From the NCBI GenBank assembly GCA_017654855.1, contig CM030334.1, positions 1,302,001-1,366,000 of the forward strand: a DNA stretch of 64,000 nt. Direction: 5' to 3'. Positions 24,980-35,580 of the stretch are shown here, in pieces. Each line of letters starts with the position of its first letter. Positions within the stretch are counted from its first letter, which is position 1. The translations under genes and the position numbers were made by a program. The notes under the pieces are model-generated. The model was not told where the DNA came from. It was given only the letters and a program-made list of their open reading frames with translations, and did not search any database. The DNA is from Podospora anserina (Eukaryota).

Positions 24980-27820
24980 TCAAAATCCAGCCACAACACT
25001 CAACCCCCTACCCACCGCCTTCACCACTCCCAAAACCGTAAGAACCCCCCTAACCAGCCACATCCCCACACACAACACCCCAAACAGAAACACCACGGCG
25101 CCCACCCCAACCCAGACATCTTCCCACGTTGACTGCGCCAGCTCAAACCGCCTCCTCAGCTCCGACTCGCCGTCAAAAACCGGCTTGACCATCCCCCAGT
25201 GTGCTTCCACCAGTCCAACCACCAAGTTCAGCACCACAACCATCCAGCTCACCACCTCTCTGCACACATCACCAACCTTCAAAGACCCCTCGAACCGCCT
25301 GACCCCCCCCTTGGTGACCGTTGGCGTGTTCCTGTCCCCCGCTAGTGTAGTCTCCAAAGGGGCTAGATCTTGGCCTTGGTCATCCTGCCGATCCCCCTCC
25401 GGCTCCGCCGCGGCCTTGGCTTTCGCTTCCGCCCCACGGGGAAGTCGCCGATGCCGATCCGACATCATTGTTGTTCCTTTGAACCATGCCGACGCCGACA
25501 CCGGAACCGGTACCGTTCGTGTCCCGTCACAAGACGTCGGCTCCTTTATCGGTAAGGCCTGTGGCTCCGTCTTTGGGTCGTGAACGAGATGTGTGAGCGC
25601 TGCTCTGGCTGCTCCTCGTGCAATGGCGTGATCCAGCTCCTCGTCTGCTTCCTGAGCTGGTGACTGATGGTGTGGACGAGGACGGAGGGTAGAGGTGGAC
25701 TTTGGCCAGGATGGGCTTCGGCTCTGAGTGTTTGCGGTGCCGCCTCCTTCCCCGTGTTTCTCCTTTCTCATCGTCTTGCGCATCTCCCTGGGCTCCGACT
25801 CCTCGGTGCCGTCGCCGTCGCCGTCCGGCTTGGCCGTCTTCTCTTCTGGTGTCTCTGGTCCTGGCTCCTCTGTCGCCAGCGACGTAAAAGCGGTCTCTGG
25901 TTTTGGCTCTTCTGGTGTTGGCAGCAAGTCCCGAGCACTTGGTAGCACCGCCACCTCCAGTTCTGTAATGATTGTCGACGTAGCCACTGTCGTGAGAGTC
26001 TCGCTTTCTCCGTCGCTCGGCGAGTTGTTCGGTTGCGTGCCGAGAGGGAAAGCCGGTACCTCTGAACAGACGCTGCTGGGTGTCCGGGTCAGAGACCCCA
26101 GTGATGCGGGACTCGAGCCTTCCATGATCATCGTCATCGGTGACCGAGGCCCGTCTCTCCACTCGTCGACTGGTTCGACGCAAGGACGGCCGTCCACGAG
26201 CGGGGGAGGCTGACCGCGTTCGGAGCCAGTAGTGGTGGTGATGGGTGTGTAGGCAAATCGGGGTCCCCGGTCGTTGTTCGTGCTGCTCGTTCCCCAGAGC
26301 CCCATGGCGGTTGTGTGAGCCTGGTTGCTCTCGTCGAGGCGGCTCAGATCGTCCAGCAGCCTGGCTGCCCAGAGATCCGCCGGCTTCACGTTTTCCAGCT
26401 CCAGGGGCTTGCTACTGGTGATCCTTGGGGGGATCTTGTTCCCCGGTAGACTGTAACGGAGCCAACGCTGTCTGAAGCTGCCCCGATCTGGTTGCTCCTC
26501 CGACTGGCCGTCGCCGGACTTGTTTGTCTCCGGGTGGCCCGAGGCTACACGACGAGGGACCATTGGTGGAAGGCTGAAGCCAAGCGACTTTGGTCTCGGG
26601 AGCGTGTGAGGCTTCAGCTTTGCCGTCTCTGCATTCCCGTCCACCCTGTTGCGTGTCTGGTGATGGTGCTGGTGCCAGGTCGAGACGGCGGGCAGGTTGG
26701 TGTCTCCTGCTCGAAGGGCCGGACGGCTTGCTTGACTTGCCGTCACCGCCGTCGCCTTCCCTAAAAAAGGACCACGAGGTGAACCGGCGCTGACGGGTGT
26801 CCTATGGACCGTGGTTGCCTCGCTGTCCGAAGTATCGGGGGACATCATACTCCTCTGTGACTGCGGTATAGGGCTCAAGTCTGGCTCGGCCACGCAAGCC
26901 CAGGCTTCTCCCTCTTTCCGCCAGACTACATTTCCGCCATGCTGGTTCAGCACTGTTCTGGCCGCCTCCTTTCTCCGCTCCGCCTTTTGGTGCTCCTTTC
27001 TGATCTGAGCCTCAGTTTTGGCAGCAACATATGCCTCGCGCGCATCCTGTGCTGTGTGGGCGAGTGCTGCGAGATGGGAGTCTGTGGGAGAGGACACCGT
27101 TGCGTCTTCGGAGCTCGTGGTTGGAGTGATGACATCCATGACGCCAGTGTGAGGGTTGATGCTAGTGACCCCAAGGAAGTCGCCGCTCTGCTTCAGAGTC
27201 CGTCGTTGCTGGCGAAGCTCTTGCTTTGCGAGGTAGATCTCCCTTGTATCGCCTGTAGACATCGTAGGCTGAGGTGTCGGGATATTGCTTTTCTTTGCCG
27301 TGGCGTTGCCGCGAGGTGCCCAGTCGCGCCGGTCTACCTCAACAGGATGAGGTTTGTCCTGCTTTAGGGCAGAGGTGTTGATCGTCAACCTCGGCAGCGA
27401 TGAAGCAGGTTGCTTGCCCAAAGCGGCTCGCGTGCTCTGCGTCCGACGAGGAATCGGTATGGGCATGTTCCAGCGACTGGCCGGGATGATATCGGAGTCA
27501 CGGGGACCTGTGACGCCGCTCGGGGCACTGCTTGCGGCCGGGACAGGTATACTGCTGCCTTTTTGTCCGTCTGCCGAGGACGAAGAATTTCTTTTGTGTC
27601 GAATAGTTCCACCTCTCTCAGGGCGTTTACTGGGACGAAGCTTGTTGAAGAAGCTTGACATGGACGTGGTGATGTTTCTCCTGCTCCCAGATGGGGGGGA
27701 CCCGTTCGAGCGTCGAGGAGGCAGAGGCTTGACATCTTGACGATTATTCCGGTCGTCCAGTATTCGAAATGGGGAGGGCGACGGTGCCTGGGGCCGTCCG
27801 TGTCGCGAGGGGGCAGACAT
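24980..27820 (-). CDS. Hypothetical 946-aa largely disordered protein with C-terminal hydrophobic (TM-like) segments; candidate -1 frameshift/dual-coding gene
   Basis: Uninterrupted ORF. Ordered-looking block RQQRRTLKQSGDFLGVTSINPHTGVMDVITPTTSS, coiled-coil-like stretch, C-terminal VWVGVGAVVFLFGVLCVGMWLVRGVLTVLGVV. Slippery heptamer at 26768-26762. Confidence 0.8.
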   Translation of the reverse strand: MSAPSRHGRPQAPSPSPFRILDDRNNRQDVKPLPPRRSNGSPPSGSRRNITTSMSSFFNKLRPSKRPERGGTIRHKRNSSSSADGQKGSSIPVPAASSAPSGVTGPRDSDIIPASRWNMPIPIPRRTQSTRAALGKQPASSLPRLTINTSALKQDKPHPVEVDRRDWAPRGNATAKKSNIPTPQPTMSTGDTREIYLAKQELRQQRRTLKQSGDFLGVTSINPHTGVMDVITPTTSSEDATVSSPTDSHLAALAHTAQDAREAYVAAKTEAQIRKEHQKAERRKEAARTVLNQHGGNVVWRKEGEAWACVAEPDLSPIPQSQRSMMSPDTSDSEATTVHRTPVSAGSPRGPFLGKATAVTASQASRPALRAGDTNLPAVSTWHQHHHQTRNRVDGNAETAKLKPHTLPRPKSLGFSLPPMVPRRVASGHPETNKSGDGQSEEQPDRGSFRQRWLRYSLPGNKIPPRITSSKPLELENVKPADLWAARLLDDLSRLDESNQAHTTAMGLWGTSSTNNDRGPRFAYTPITTTTGSERGQPPPLVDGRPCVEPVDEWRDGPRSPMTMIMEGSSPASLGSLTRTPSSVCSEVPAFPLGTQPNNSPSDGESETLTTVATSTIITELEVAVLPSARDLLPTPEEPKPETAFTSLATEEPGPETPEEKTAKPDGDGDGTEESEPREMRKTMRKEKHGEGGGTANTQSRSPSWPKSTSTLRPRPHHQSPAQEADEELDHAIARGAARAALTHLVHDPKTEPQALPIKEPTSCDGTRTVPVPVSASAWFKGTTMMSDRHRRLPRGAEAKAKAAAEPEGDRQDDQGQDLAPLETTLAGDRNTPTVTKGGVRRFEGSLKVGDVCREVVSWMVVVLNLVVGLVEAHWGMVKPVFDGESELRRRFELAQSTWEDVWVGVGAVVFLFGVLCVGMWLVRGVLTVLGVVKAVGRGLSVVAGF

Positions 27821-28668
27821 GTTGAATTCCGGGCAGTAGCTTGTGCAGAGATAATAATGCTCTCTCCCCGGGATGTGATGCTAGCGGTGCGGCTTTGGAG
27901 AGCACCCGCTCGATGAGTCGGATGTGGGATAGGGTGAGGTGAGGTTGGAGGGTCAGTTCAGACAATCAGGTGAACAAACTGGGTACCGTCCAGGTTGCAC
28001 CCAACCCACCCTCATGGCAAGAACAGACGACAACCAGCAGGCAAGTGCCGGTTGTGATCCGGACACTCTCGATCCCGTCTCTCCAAGGTGACTTCCGTCT
28101 GGCTGTGCATATCTCCTTCCATCACAAGCATCGGGCCGGTGATGTTCTTCGTTCCTCCGGAACATGTCTCGGTGCTCAAGCCTAGCAGACCACTTGCCCA
28201 TGATGTCGTGAAGGCTCACTCACAGCTGTGTCTTCCTGACAGGATTAGGAGCGTTCCATTGCTCGTGCTTTGCGTCTTGGGGTCAAACTAGTGCACCCCT
28301 TGTATGAGATAGACGGCACATGTAGTCTAGCACCGTGTGACAGGCGTCAGATTCACGGGTGCTGGCTTGGCGAGCGATCTCACCGCAGTGCCACGTCGTA
28401 GAGAATCTGTACCTAGATGTAAGTTAGAGGTACGGCAGTTTACCATGCCTTTACCGCTGTCACTTCTCACCGTCATGGCAGCTCCCTAAGGTGAGGTAAC
28501 TCGTACATTCTACCTTGCAATTGTATCATCCATACACATTTCCCCCTTCTCCCCCACCATATTTTCCCAACCCAGAATCTGCATCCCCCCCATTGATATA
28601 GACCCTATAATGCAATCCCAAAACTCCCATAAAGCATCAACCCTTTTCGCCCCTTCTCTCATCACCAC

Positions 28669-29161
28669 TCACCAACCCCCCCCCTGACTCCCACTCCAAC
28701 TCCTCCCCCTCCCCTCAATAACCTCATTAAAACCCCCCTCCCCAATCCACTCATTATCCTCCCCATCACCATCCCCCCCATCTCCATCCCCACCACCAAC
28801 CAGCGCATCCCAAACCCTAGGCAACCCCCCAACCCCTCCGCTCAACTCCCTCGGAGCATCATACCACTTCCCCCCCTGTCCCCCCCGCGAATTAATCAAC
28901 CCCATCCACCCCCCCTCCTCAATAACCTGCCTCTCTTGCTCAATCACCCCCTTGACAACCTCCTTCATTCCCATTCCCATTCCCATCCCCTCCCCGCTTT
29001 TGTTAGGCGTAGGACTCGTCCCCATGGTTGGCTGAGATGTCAGACTGCAAGGGTTTATATTCTCCACCAAGAGGTCGACAGCCTTGTTTTTGGTGATGTG
29101 ATTTGTTGTGTGCAGCGCTATGGTGTACAGTGGGCCAGAGAGCAAAGTGTCGGTTGTTGGT

Positions 29162-29217
<56 letters not shown>

Positions 29218-31242
29218 GCTGTTGTTGGTCGAATCCTGCGCTGCTGTTGTTGTCGGTGCTACTGATGATAACACCGCCGCCGGGGGTGAGGGTTCTTTCT
29301 TGATGGTGGTGATCACAGGGGCAGGGGCAGGGGCGGGGGCGGGGGCGGGGGCGGGGGCGGGTATTGGTGCCCCGGGGACGGGGACTGATATCTTGACTTG
29401 GGAGGAGGAGGAGTGAGTTGATGGACTTTGGTGTTTGCTGGTCATGGTGACCGTGGTAGACCGGGACCAGGGGCGCATTTTTTGACCTATCGGGCTAGTT
29501 GTCAAGCTGCGTGCCAAGGAGAGCATGTCATGTAAGAGAGATTCCCATTCCATTTCCTGCTCTGCATCCCCTTCCTCGTCGTCGGCTTCGATTATCCCTT
29601 GCTGGAGGGAGCTCAGACTTAAATTTGGGTGCGAGGTGCGAGGGGAGGGAGCAGCGGGTAGGGGGGTGGGAGGGGTGTAGCTGATTAAGAAGGGGTTGAG
29701 CGCCAGAGAGGGTGGGAACATGGGTGGTCGTTTTGGCGGGAGAGATGGTATCCTCGACACCAGAAACAAGGCTGTTTTGAAGTAGAGGAGGTCAAGAAGA
29801 AGAATGTACAGGTCTGGTGTGTTGGGCGCGATGGAGCCGAATCGGGCGAAGAACTCGGAGATGATAGGGCCGAGACGTTTTGCTCTGGCTCGGAGGCAGG
29901 CTGATTGGCGACCTTCGGGTCGGATGGTCGAGGCGGAGAGCTTGTGCAAAAAGGCCATGGTGTCGTGTTGGAAGGTGGCCATTAGTTTTCTGGCCTCCTT
30001 CGTGTCTGATATCACTGTTGGCCCCTCGGCCGTCTGTAGGCTCGCGCCGTCGTCGTATACCCTCGAGACGTACGACTTCTCCGAAACGACCGGGTGGATA
30101 GCTGTCGTAAAGAAACACGACGTGACTTCTAGCCGGGCAAATAACCGAATGATGTCGGGCATTTCCAATCCGTCTCTCTGATGACTCGTGCCCAGTGGTG
30201 GCCACACAAATATTGATGTGTCGGATAGGCAGTCGAAGACATTAAACGGCATGCTCTGTAATATTCGAAGACCATTGACAAGGTGAGTCACGGCCACCGA
30301 GTGCTTCGACCTGACGGTTTCGAGAAATATAAACGCCAGACAGCAGATGAGTGTAATCCTGACCGAATCCGGACCCGTCGAACCGACATGTCGTTGCAGC
30401 TTTGCGATGGATTTGTTGTACTGCTGAATAACAAACACCTCCAGTGCGTCGCGGGTGAAGCCGTCGAGGACCTTTTGGTCTGGAAACTGAAGCAACGTGT
30501 GAGCCGCCCCGAGGGCCACCACGGCGTGCTTGACCGCCTCATCCTGACAGCAATTCGTCGATGGCGATATCACCTTGTTCCAGAACACGGTATAATGAGA
30601 CAGGTGCTGCGGCATGCTCGGGTCAAACCACGTGGAAGAGTTGGAACGAAACCGGCCAAAGAAGCGTTTTTCCGTGTCGGTCCCGTCAATGTCAGCCGGC
30701 GCAATCCGGCGCATCGACCGCAACGCCTCGCTCCATTGACACGCCTTTACGAATTCCACCTTGGCCAGCTCGGCAGTGCGTGTTGGGTCGGCAGGCGAGG
30801 ACCGGTAGCGGGCGTAGGCCGAGCTGGAACCCTTGTCGTAGCCATCACACGTCCTCCCCGTCGACGTGCACCGAAGACAAGCTGGCTTCTCCTCTCCACA
30901 CTTCACCCGACGGATCCTGTTACCATCACGGTCAGAATCTTTTTCTTGCTGTGTCTCGTCATTACTCACTTGCTGTCGATCCTTGTCAGCCATTGAACCA
31001 CAAAGTGTTCTTCTCAAAACCTACCAGGTGATGCAACCGGTCCTGACTTTTGGTCTGCTCGCTCTCGTCCGCTTCTTGATGTGACCCGAGGCTGTGGTGG
31101 TCGAAGCTGTTGTTGTCACTGATGATGCCGTTGGAGAATTCGTCGCCGATATCGAGGGGCTCGGATTGCTGCTTTTGGTATTTCCCCCTCCGGTCGTCTG
31201 TATATGAAGCGGCGGCGGCAATCTCTGCAGCCCCTCGGCCAT
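28669..31242 (-). CDS. Zn(II)2Cys6 fungal transcription factor with a 3-nt microexon
   Basis: Exons 31242-31025, 30972-30970 (CAA) and 30916-28669. Splicing gives KVRTGCITCKIRRVKCGEEKPACLRCTSTGRTCDGY, a complete CX2CX6CX6CX2CX6C cluster. The middle region AVKHAVVALGAAH...QYNKSIAKL...LICCLAFIFLE...HLVNGLRIL is typical of this family. Confidence 0.9.
29161..29227 (-). repeat. (AAC)n coding microsatellite, poly-Asn in the Zn2Cys6 factor
   Basis: About 20 TTG units on the + strand. A (GGGGCG/GGGGCA)n Pro-Ala repeat lies nearby at about 29317-29361. Confidence 0.9.
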
Positions 31243-33110
31243 AATGCTCGTGGTTCTCTCTCCCCCCTGGGTATACCCGTGCTACTGTGTGTGTGTGTGT
31301 ATGTGTGTGAGCGTGTGTGAGTGTGTGTGAACCAAAACCGAGATCATTCGGAGACAGGAAAAAAAAGAGGTCTTCCCCTCCCTTTTTGGATCTTTTTTGG
31401 TCGTGTTCCAGGGGCAATGTAATGTAAGCCAAGGTGAAGGGTAGGTAGGCAAGTGGACACCGACTGCTTGACACTAATCAATAACCGGGCATAGATGCGC
31501 CCTCACAGATTCAGAACAAGCACACCCACGCAACGGCACGCCGAGAAGCGAAGGAGGAGGAGATGTAGCGAAAAAACAAAAACCCCCATGTCCCCATGTC
31601 TCCATACCTTACCCTCCTCAGATCTTGCATCATTTTTTGAAGGGTAGTTGAAGTAGGAGAGGAAAAAAAGAACTGCCTGGGCCACCTTGGCCCCCCCGTT
31701 TTCTTCCACCACGCCGCCTTCTCTCCCCATCTCACCCACTCAGCTCGAATCCTCTTTTATCCTCTCCATCTTGTTTTTTGCCATCTCTCGCTTGTCCCAG
31801 ATGGTCGACCGAGCCCCGGATCGACTCGAGACGCAAGGTCGGAATCGATGTCACTGAAGCCAAAAATGATGGGTTCACACATGTCGGCGGGCGGCCCAGT
31901 AGCCACATGGCAGCCCCCCCCGGCATCGCCGGCGACGTGCGTCAAGACAACTGCTATTGTATGCATGGAATGGAAGCATCCATCGAACTCTTACTAGACA
32001 GCAGGTTGTCAAGGCAATCGAGCAAACTACCTTTGAGCCCTCTGTCAGTTTGGGGCATGGCAGCAAGGGCTCTGACTAAGATGAAGTTTGAGAAGAAGCA
32101 GTCCGGCGGAGGTGGTCGACGGAGCAGAGGAGTTCTCGCTAAGAATAGCGGTACGGAATGTCGGTGCCTGGTGCCTGGGGAGTTGAGATGGTTGCCTATG
32201 CTTGCAGTTTTTCTGCCCGAGAGGAGTGCTGTGCTGTAGTGGTGATGGTGGTGGTGTGCTCGCCCCGTGGCCCCATCATGGATATCTGACACTCTTCTGA
32301 AGAGCTGGGTGTCCCTCTCGATCAGATCAGTTTCCCATCGACTGATTTGGGCTGATCCCTTCCGTAAACTATCCACTGCCGGCGCGGCGGAGCATGGAGT
32401 TTCGGAAGGTGGTTAATTATTAGTGCATCACCGGAAGCGTTGCGACTCCAGCGTTCCCCGTCGTCCGCTATACCCCGAAGAGTTAGCAGCTCGGCTCGCT
32501 AAAACCCGCCCACGCGTCGAGCCACAGACCTCGGCCAAGCACCGGAGGGGTGTGTCCAAAGACTCGCCGTTGCATCCTGTTTTTGGCATGGCTAAAGACT
32601 GAAGATGTCTGTCTGATGGTGTTTTGGAATGTTTGTGTAACAGCGATGGTTAGATTAGGCAACACGAAAAGCAGCAGCCTCCAAGAATAGGCCCCAGGCA
32701 TCGAGACATACAGAGAGGTCTCAGGTCGGGGTCCCCGGGCTTGCCTTGGGAAGCATCACCATTCCAAATCATCATCACCAATACGATCACTCAGTAGTCT
32801 CAAGAGCAGCGTGTGTTTGCATGCTGCCTGCTCTAGAAACAACAACCTACACCCTACACGTGCAAAAGACGACCGGGGTTCACGACATCGGCCGTTGCGC
32901 CTTCGTCATGCCTCACCCTGCCATCGAAGAAGGACCGAAGGTGAGAGAGCAGAGGAAAGAGTACGGAAGCTACATCGCAGAAAGAGCCAACCCGCCAATC
33001 TTCAAAGCCAATCCCAACCCCCAACCAGAAAACCCCCAGGACGTCGAATAACAACCATCTGTCAGCATCCCACGGCAGTCAGTCTTACAAGATATCATCA
33101 AACCACTATC

Positions 33111-34616
33111 ATGCAAGCATACACCCTCCCAACCCGCAGCTACCGCCGCGACGACAACACCACCGCTTCCGAACCACCCCTCGACCTCCAGACCCCCTCC
33201 AGCGACTCTTACTACAGTAACAGGCGCTCAACAACCCCCCTCCCCTTCATCCGCCACCACCGCAACCGCCGCCGTCTCAACGTCCCAAACACATTCGCCG
33301 GCCTCTAGGAAAAGGACCCGAATCGGTTTCCTCCTCCCTCGCAGCAAACCATTCGCAATGCCGGGTCCTCCCAGGAAAACCGCCCCGACAACAAGGAAAA
33401 CACCCCCTCCAACCTCCCGTCATATTACTCAACCTACTCCCTCCCCCGTAAACCCAGCCCCAGTCCCCCCCCGACAGAGCGAGTGAGATCTCCCTACCGC
33501 CACAGAACCTTCTCTTTTGAATCCCCGCCTGCATCTCCAGAGCTGGTGGTGTACGCCAACCAAGGGGGGTTAGATCTCTCTTGTGCATCCCCAAGGGATG
33601 ACCTCGCCCGACATGATATCAGCCACGCCCAAATCCGATCAGCATCATCCACCTACCCCTCCGACGAACGGGCCCAAAGTCCTGTCTCCCCGCCGTTGAC
33701 GCTTGGGAGGAAAATATTGTCTAGTCTGGCGGGGTATGGATTCAGCGAGGCGGATTTTGATGCTGATGCTTCTTCGGAGGGGGAGGATGACGATGGAGTA
33801 GAGGAGGGGTTGTACCCCGGGGAGAAGAGGTTGAGCCGAGAGGAGGGGGAGATTGCAAGGGTTATATCCGCCGCGAAATCATCACCACCTGGGGTCCAGA
33901 GTCAGGTCTGGGGTCGGGCGGCGTTTAACTTTCCAGCACCGCCCGAGGAAGGGGAAAAGGAAGAGGACGAGGGTTTTGCTTTGCCGGCGCCGGAGTCACC
34001 TCTTCTTGTTGGGCTGGCGGTTGAGGACAGGATGGAACAGGAGGGAGCGGATGAGGATGCTTCCACGAGGTGTTTACCCAGGGTGAGCACTGCGTTTTCG
34101 GGGTTTGAAGGGGAGCATTCTTCTTTCGTACCGCCGCTGCAAGAAGAGGAGCAAGAGCATGTTTCTTTCGGGATGCAGTTGAGGGAGAGGATTAGTGGGC
34201 ATTTTCGGAGGGGAAATGGTAATCATCAGCATCATCATCATCATCATCATCATCGTCGTCGTCATCATCATCATCATTACAAGTCGGGCGGCTCGAGGGC
34301 TGGGGGTGGTGGTTGTGGGAAGGGTTTGGAACGGTTCAAGGAAGAAATCTCAAAGACAAATGTTGGGACGGATGTGAAGAGGTGGTTTGTGAGGGGGCTC
34401 AAGGCAGGGAGGAAGGGGGTTAGGAGGGTCAAGAGGGGGTTGAATCATCATGGGGATGGCGACAAGGGGAGGGAGGGGAAGATGAAAAGGGAGATGAGGC
34501 GGGTGGATGAGAAGCTTGAGAGGGAGAGGGGGAAGTTGAGGAAGAAGCCCAGGAGGGAGGAGAAGGGGCAGAAGAGGGAGGGTTTGAGAGGACGGATTTG
34601 GGGGTTGTTGGTGTAG
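33111..34616 (+). CDS. Hypothetical 501-codon protein interrupted by one in-frame TAG (33306-33308); candidate A-to-I-restored gene, otherwise a pseudogene
   Basis: ATG 33111 (MQAYTLPTRSYRR...NTFAGL), then TAG, then the same frame continues without a stop (EKDPNRFPPPSQQTIRN...PPPTERVRSPYRHR...) into the ORF ending at 34616. His-rich run and basic C-terminus. Confidence 0.7.
34222..34278 (+). repeat. (CAT)n/(CGT)n coding microsatellite (His/Arg run)
   Basis: Encodes HQHHHHHHHHRRRHHHHH. Confidence 0.85.
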
Positions 34617-35022
34617 TTTTCTATCAGGTATCGGTTTGGTGATGCGGGTTGGGGTCTGGTGGTTAGATTAGGTATGGATTAGACGGCTTGGTGGTTTAGG
34701 GTTTGGAGACCGGGGTGATATATTCTGAGCATTATTACCGTCTTTTTCCTGGAGCCGTACAAAACGGTCAGAATAGAGGGCAACTCGAAACGGGTTTTCA
34801 ACTTGTTCACTTGCAAAGAACTGTGCTTTGTCTCTCCGCCGAGATTTCGTCAGTCTGTATGTCTCGAAACCCCCTTTACACGACAGCAACCACACCCAAA
34901 GCTCGGTATTCTTTTGTGGACTTTTGTGTCAGGACTTGGTGTGGTGATGTCTGAGTAAGATTCTTGTTAGACACACATTCGGACCAGTCGGAAGGGACCC
35001 AAGTCGGTAGTTGAGGGGTTTG

Positions 35023-35072
35023 GTGTGTGTGTGTGTGTGTGTGTGTGCGTGTGTATGTGTGTGTGTGTGTGT
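35023..35072. repeat. (GT)n microsatellite
   Basis: Nearly pure GT dinucleotide run in the spacer between convergent genes. Confidence 0.9.
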
Positions 35073-35580
35073 GGGCTAGGGAGGTAGGTACTTTCTGTGC
35101 AACGTTTTACTGCATGGGCAACTCAGGACGGCGAAACACGGGGCTTACATTTTCGTCTACGGAGCGTGGATGTGTTTTGAGGTTTTTGACGGCTGGGCGG
35201 CACAGTAAACGGTGCAAGTTGGATACCTTACCTGAGTACCTAGGTAGGGATAGGATGAATAGGGGAAGGGTTGGGATAGGTGACCATGGCAGTGCAGGGG
35301 CTTGACATTTATGGGTGAGGTGAGGGTACAACCCGTTTTGAGAAGACGGACATACAACCCACACTTGACGAACTACTTTTGATTCACAGAGAGCACTTCC
35401 AAATCACAGTCAAAGGTAGCTAAACGTGTCACCAATCTTGCATGTCACCAAAATCAAGGCGTGGGATCTAATCCATTCCCTCAGCCAAGGTAGTAATAGA
35501 AGTCTAACCGAACAATGTTCCCTCCCCTTCATTCCCAACCTTTGTCATTTCTTCTAGCTAACCTGCCGGCCCTTGAAAAT

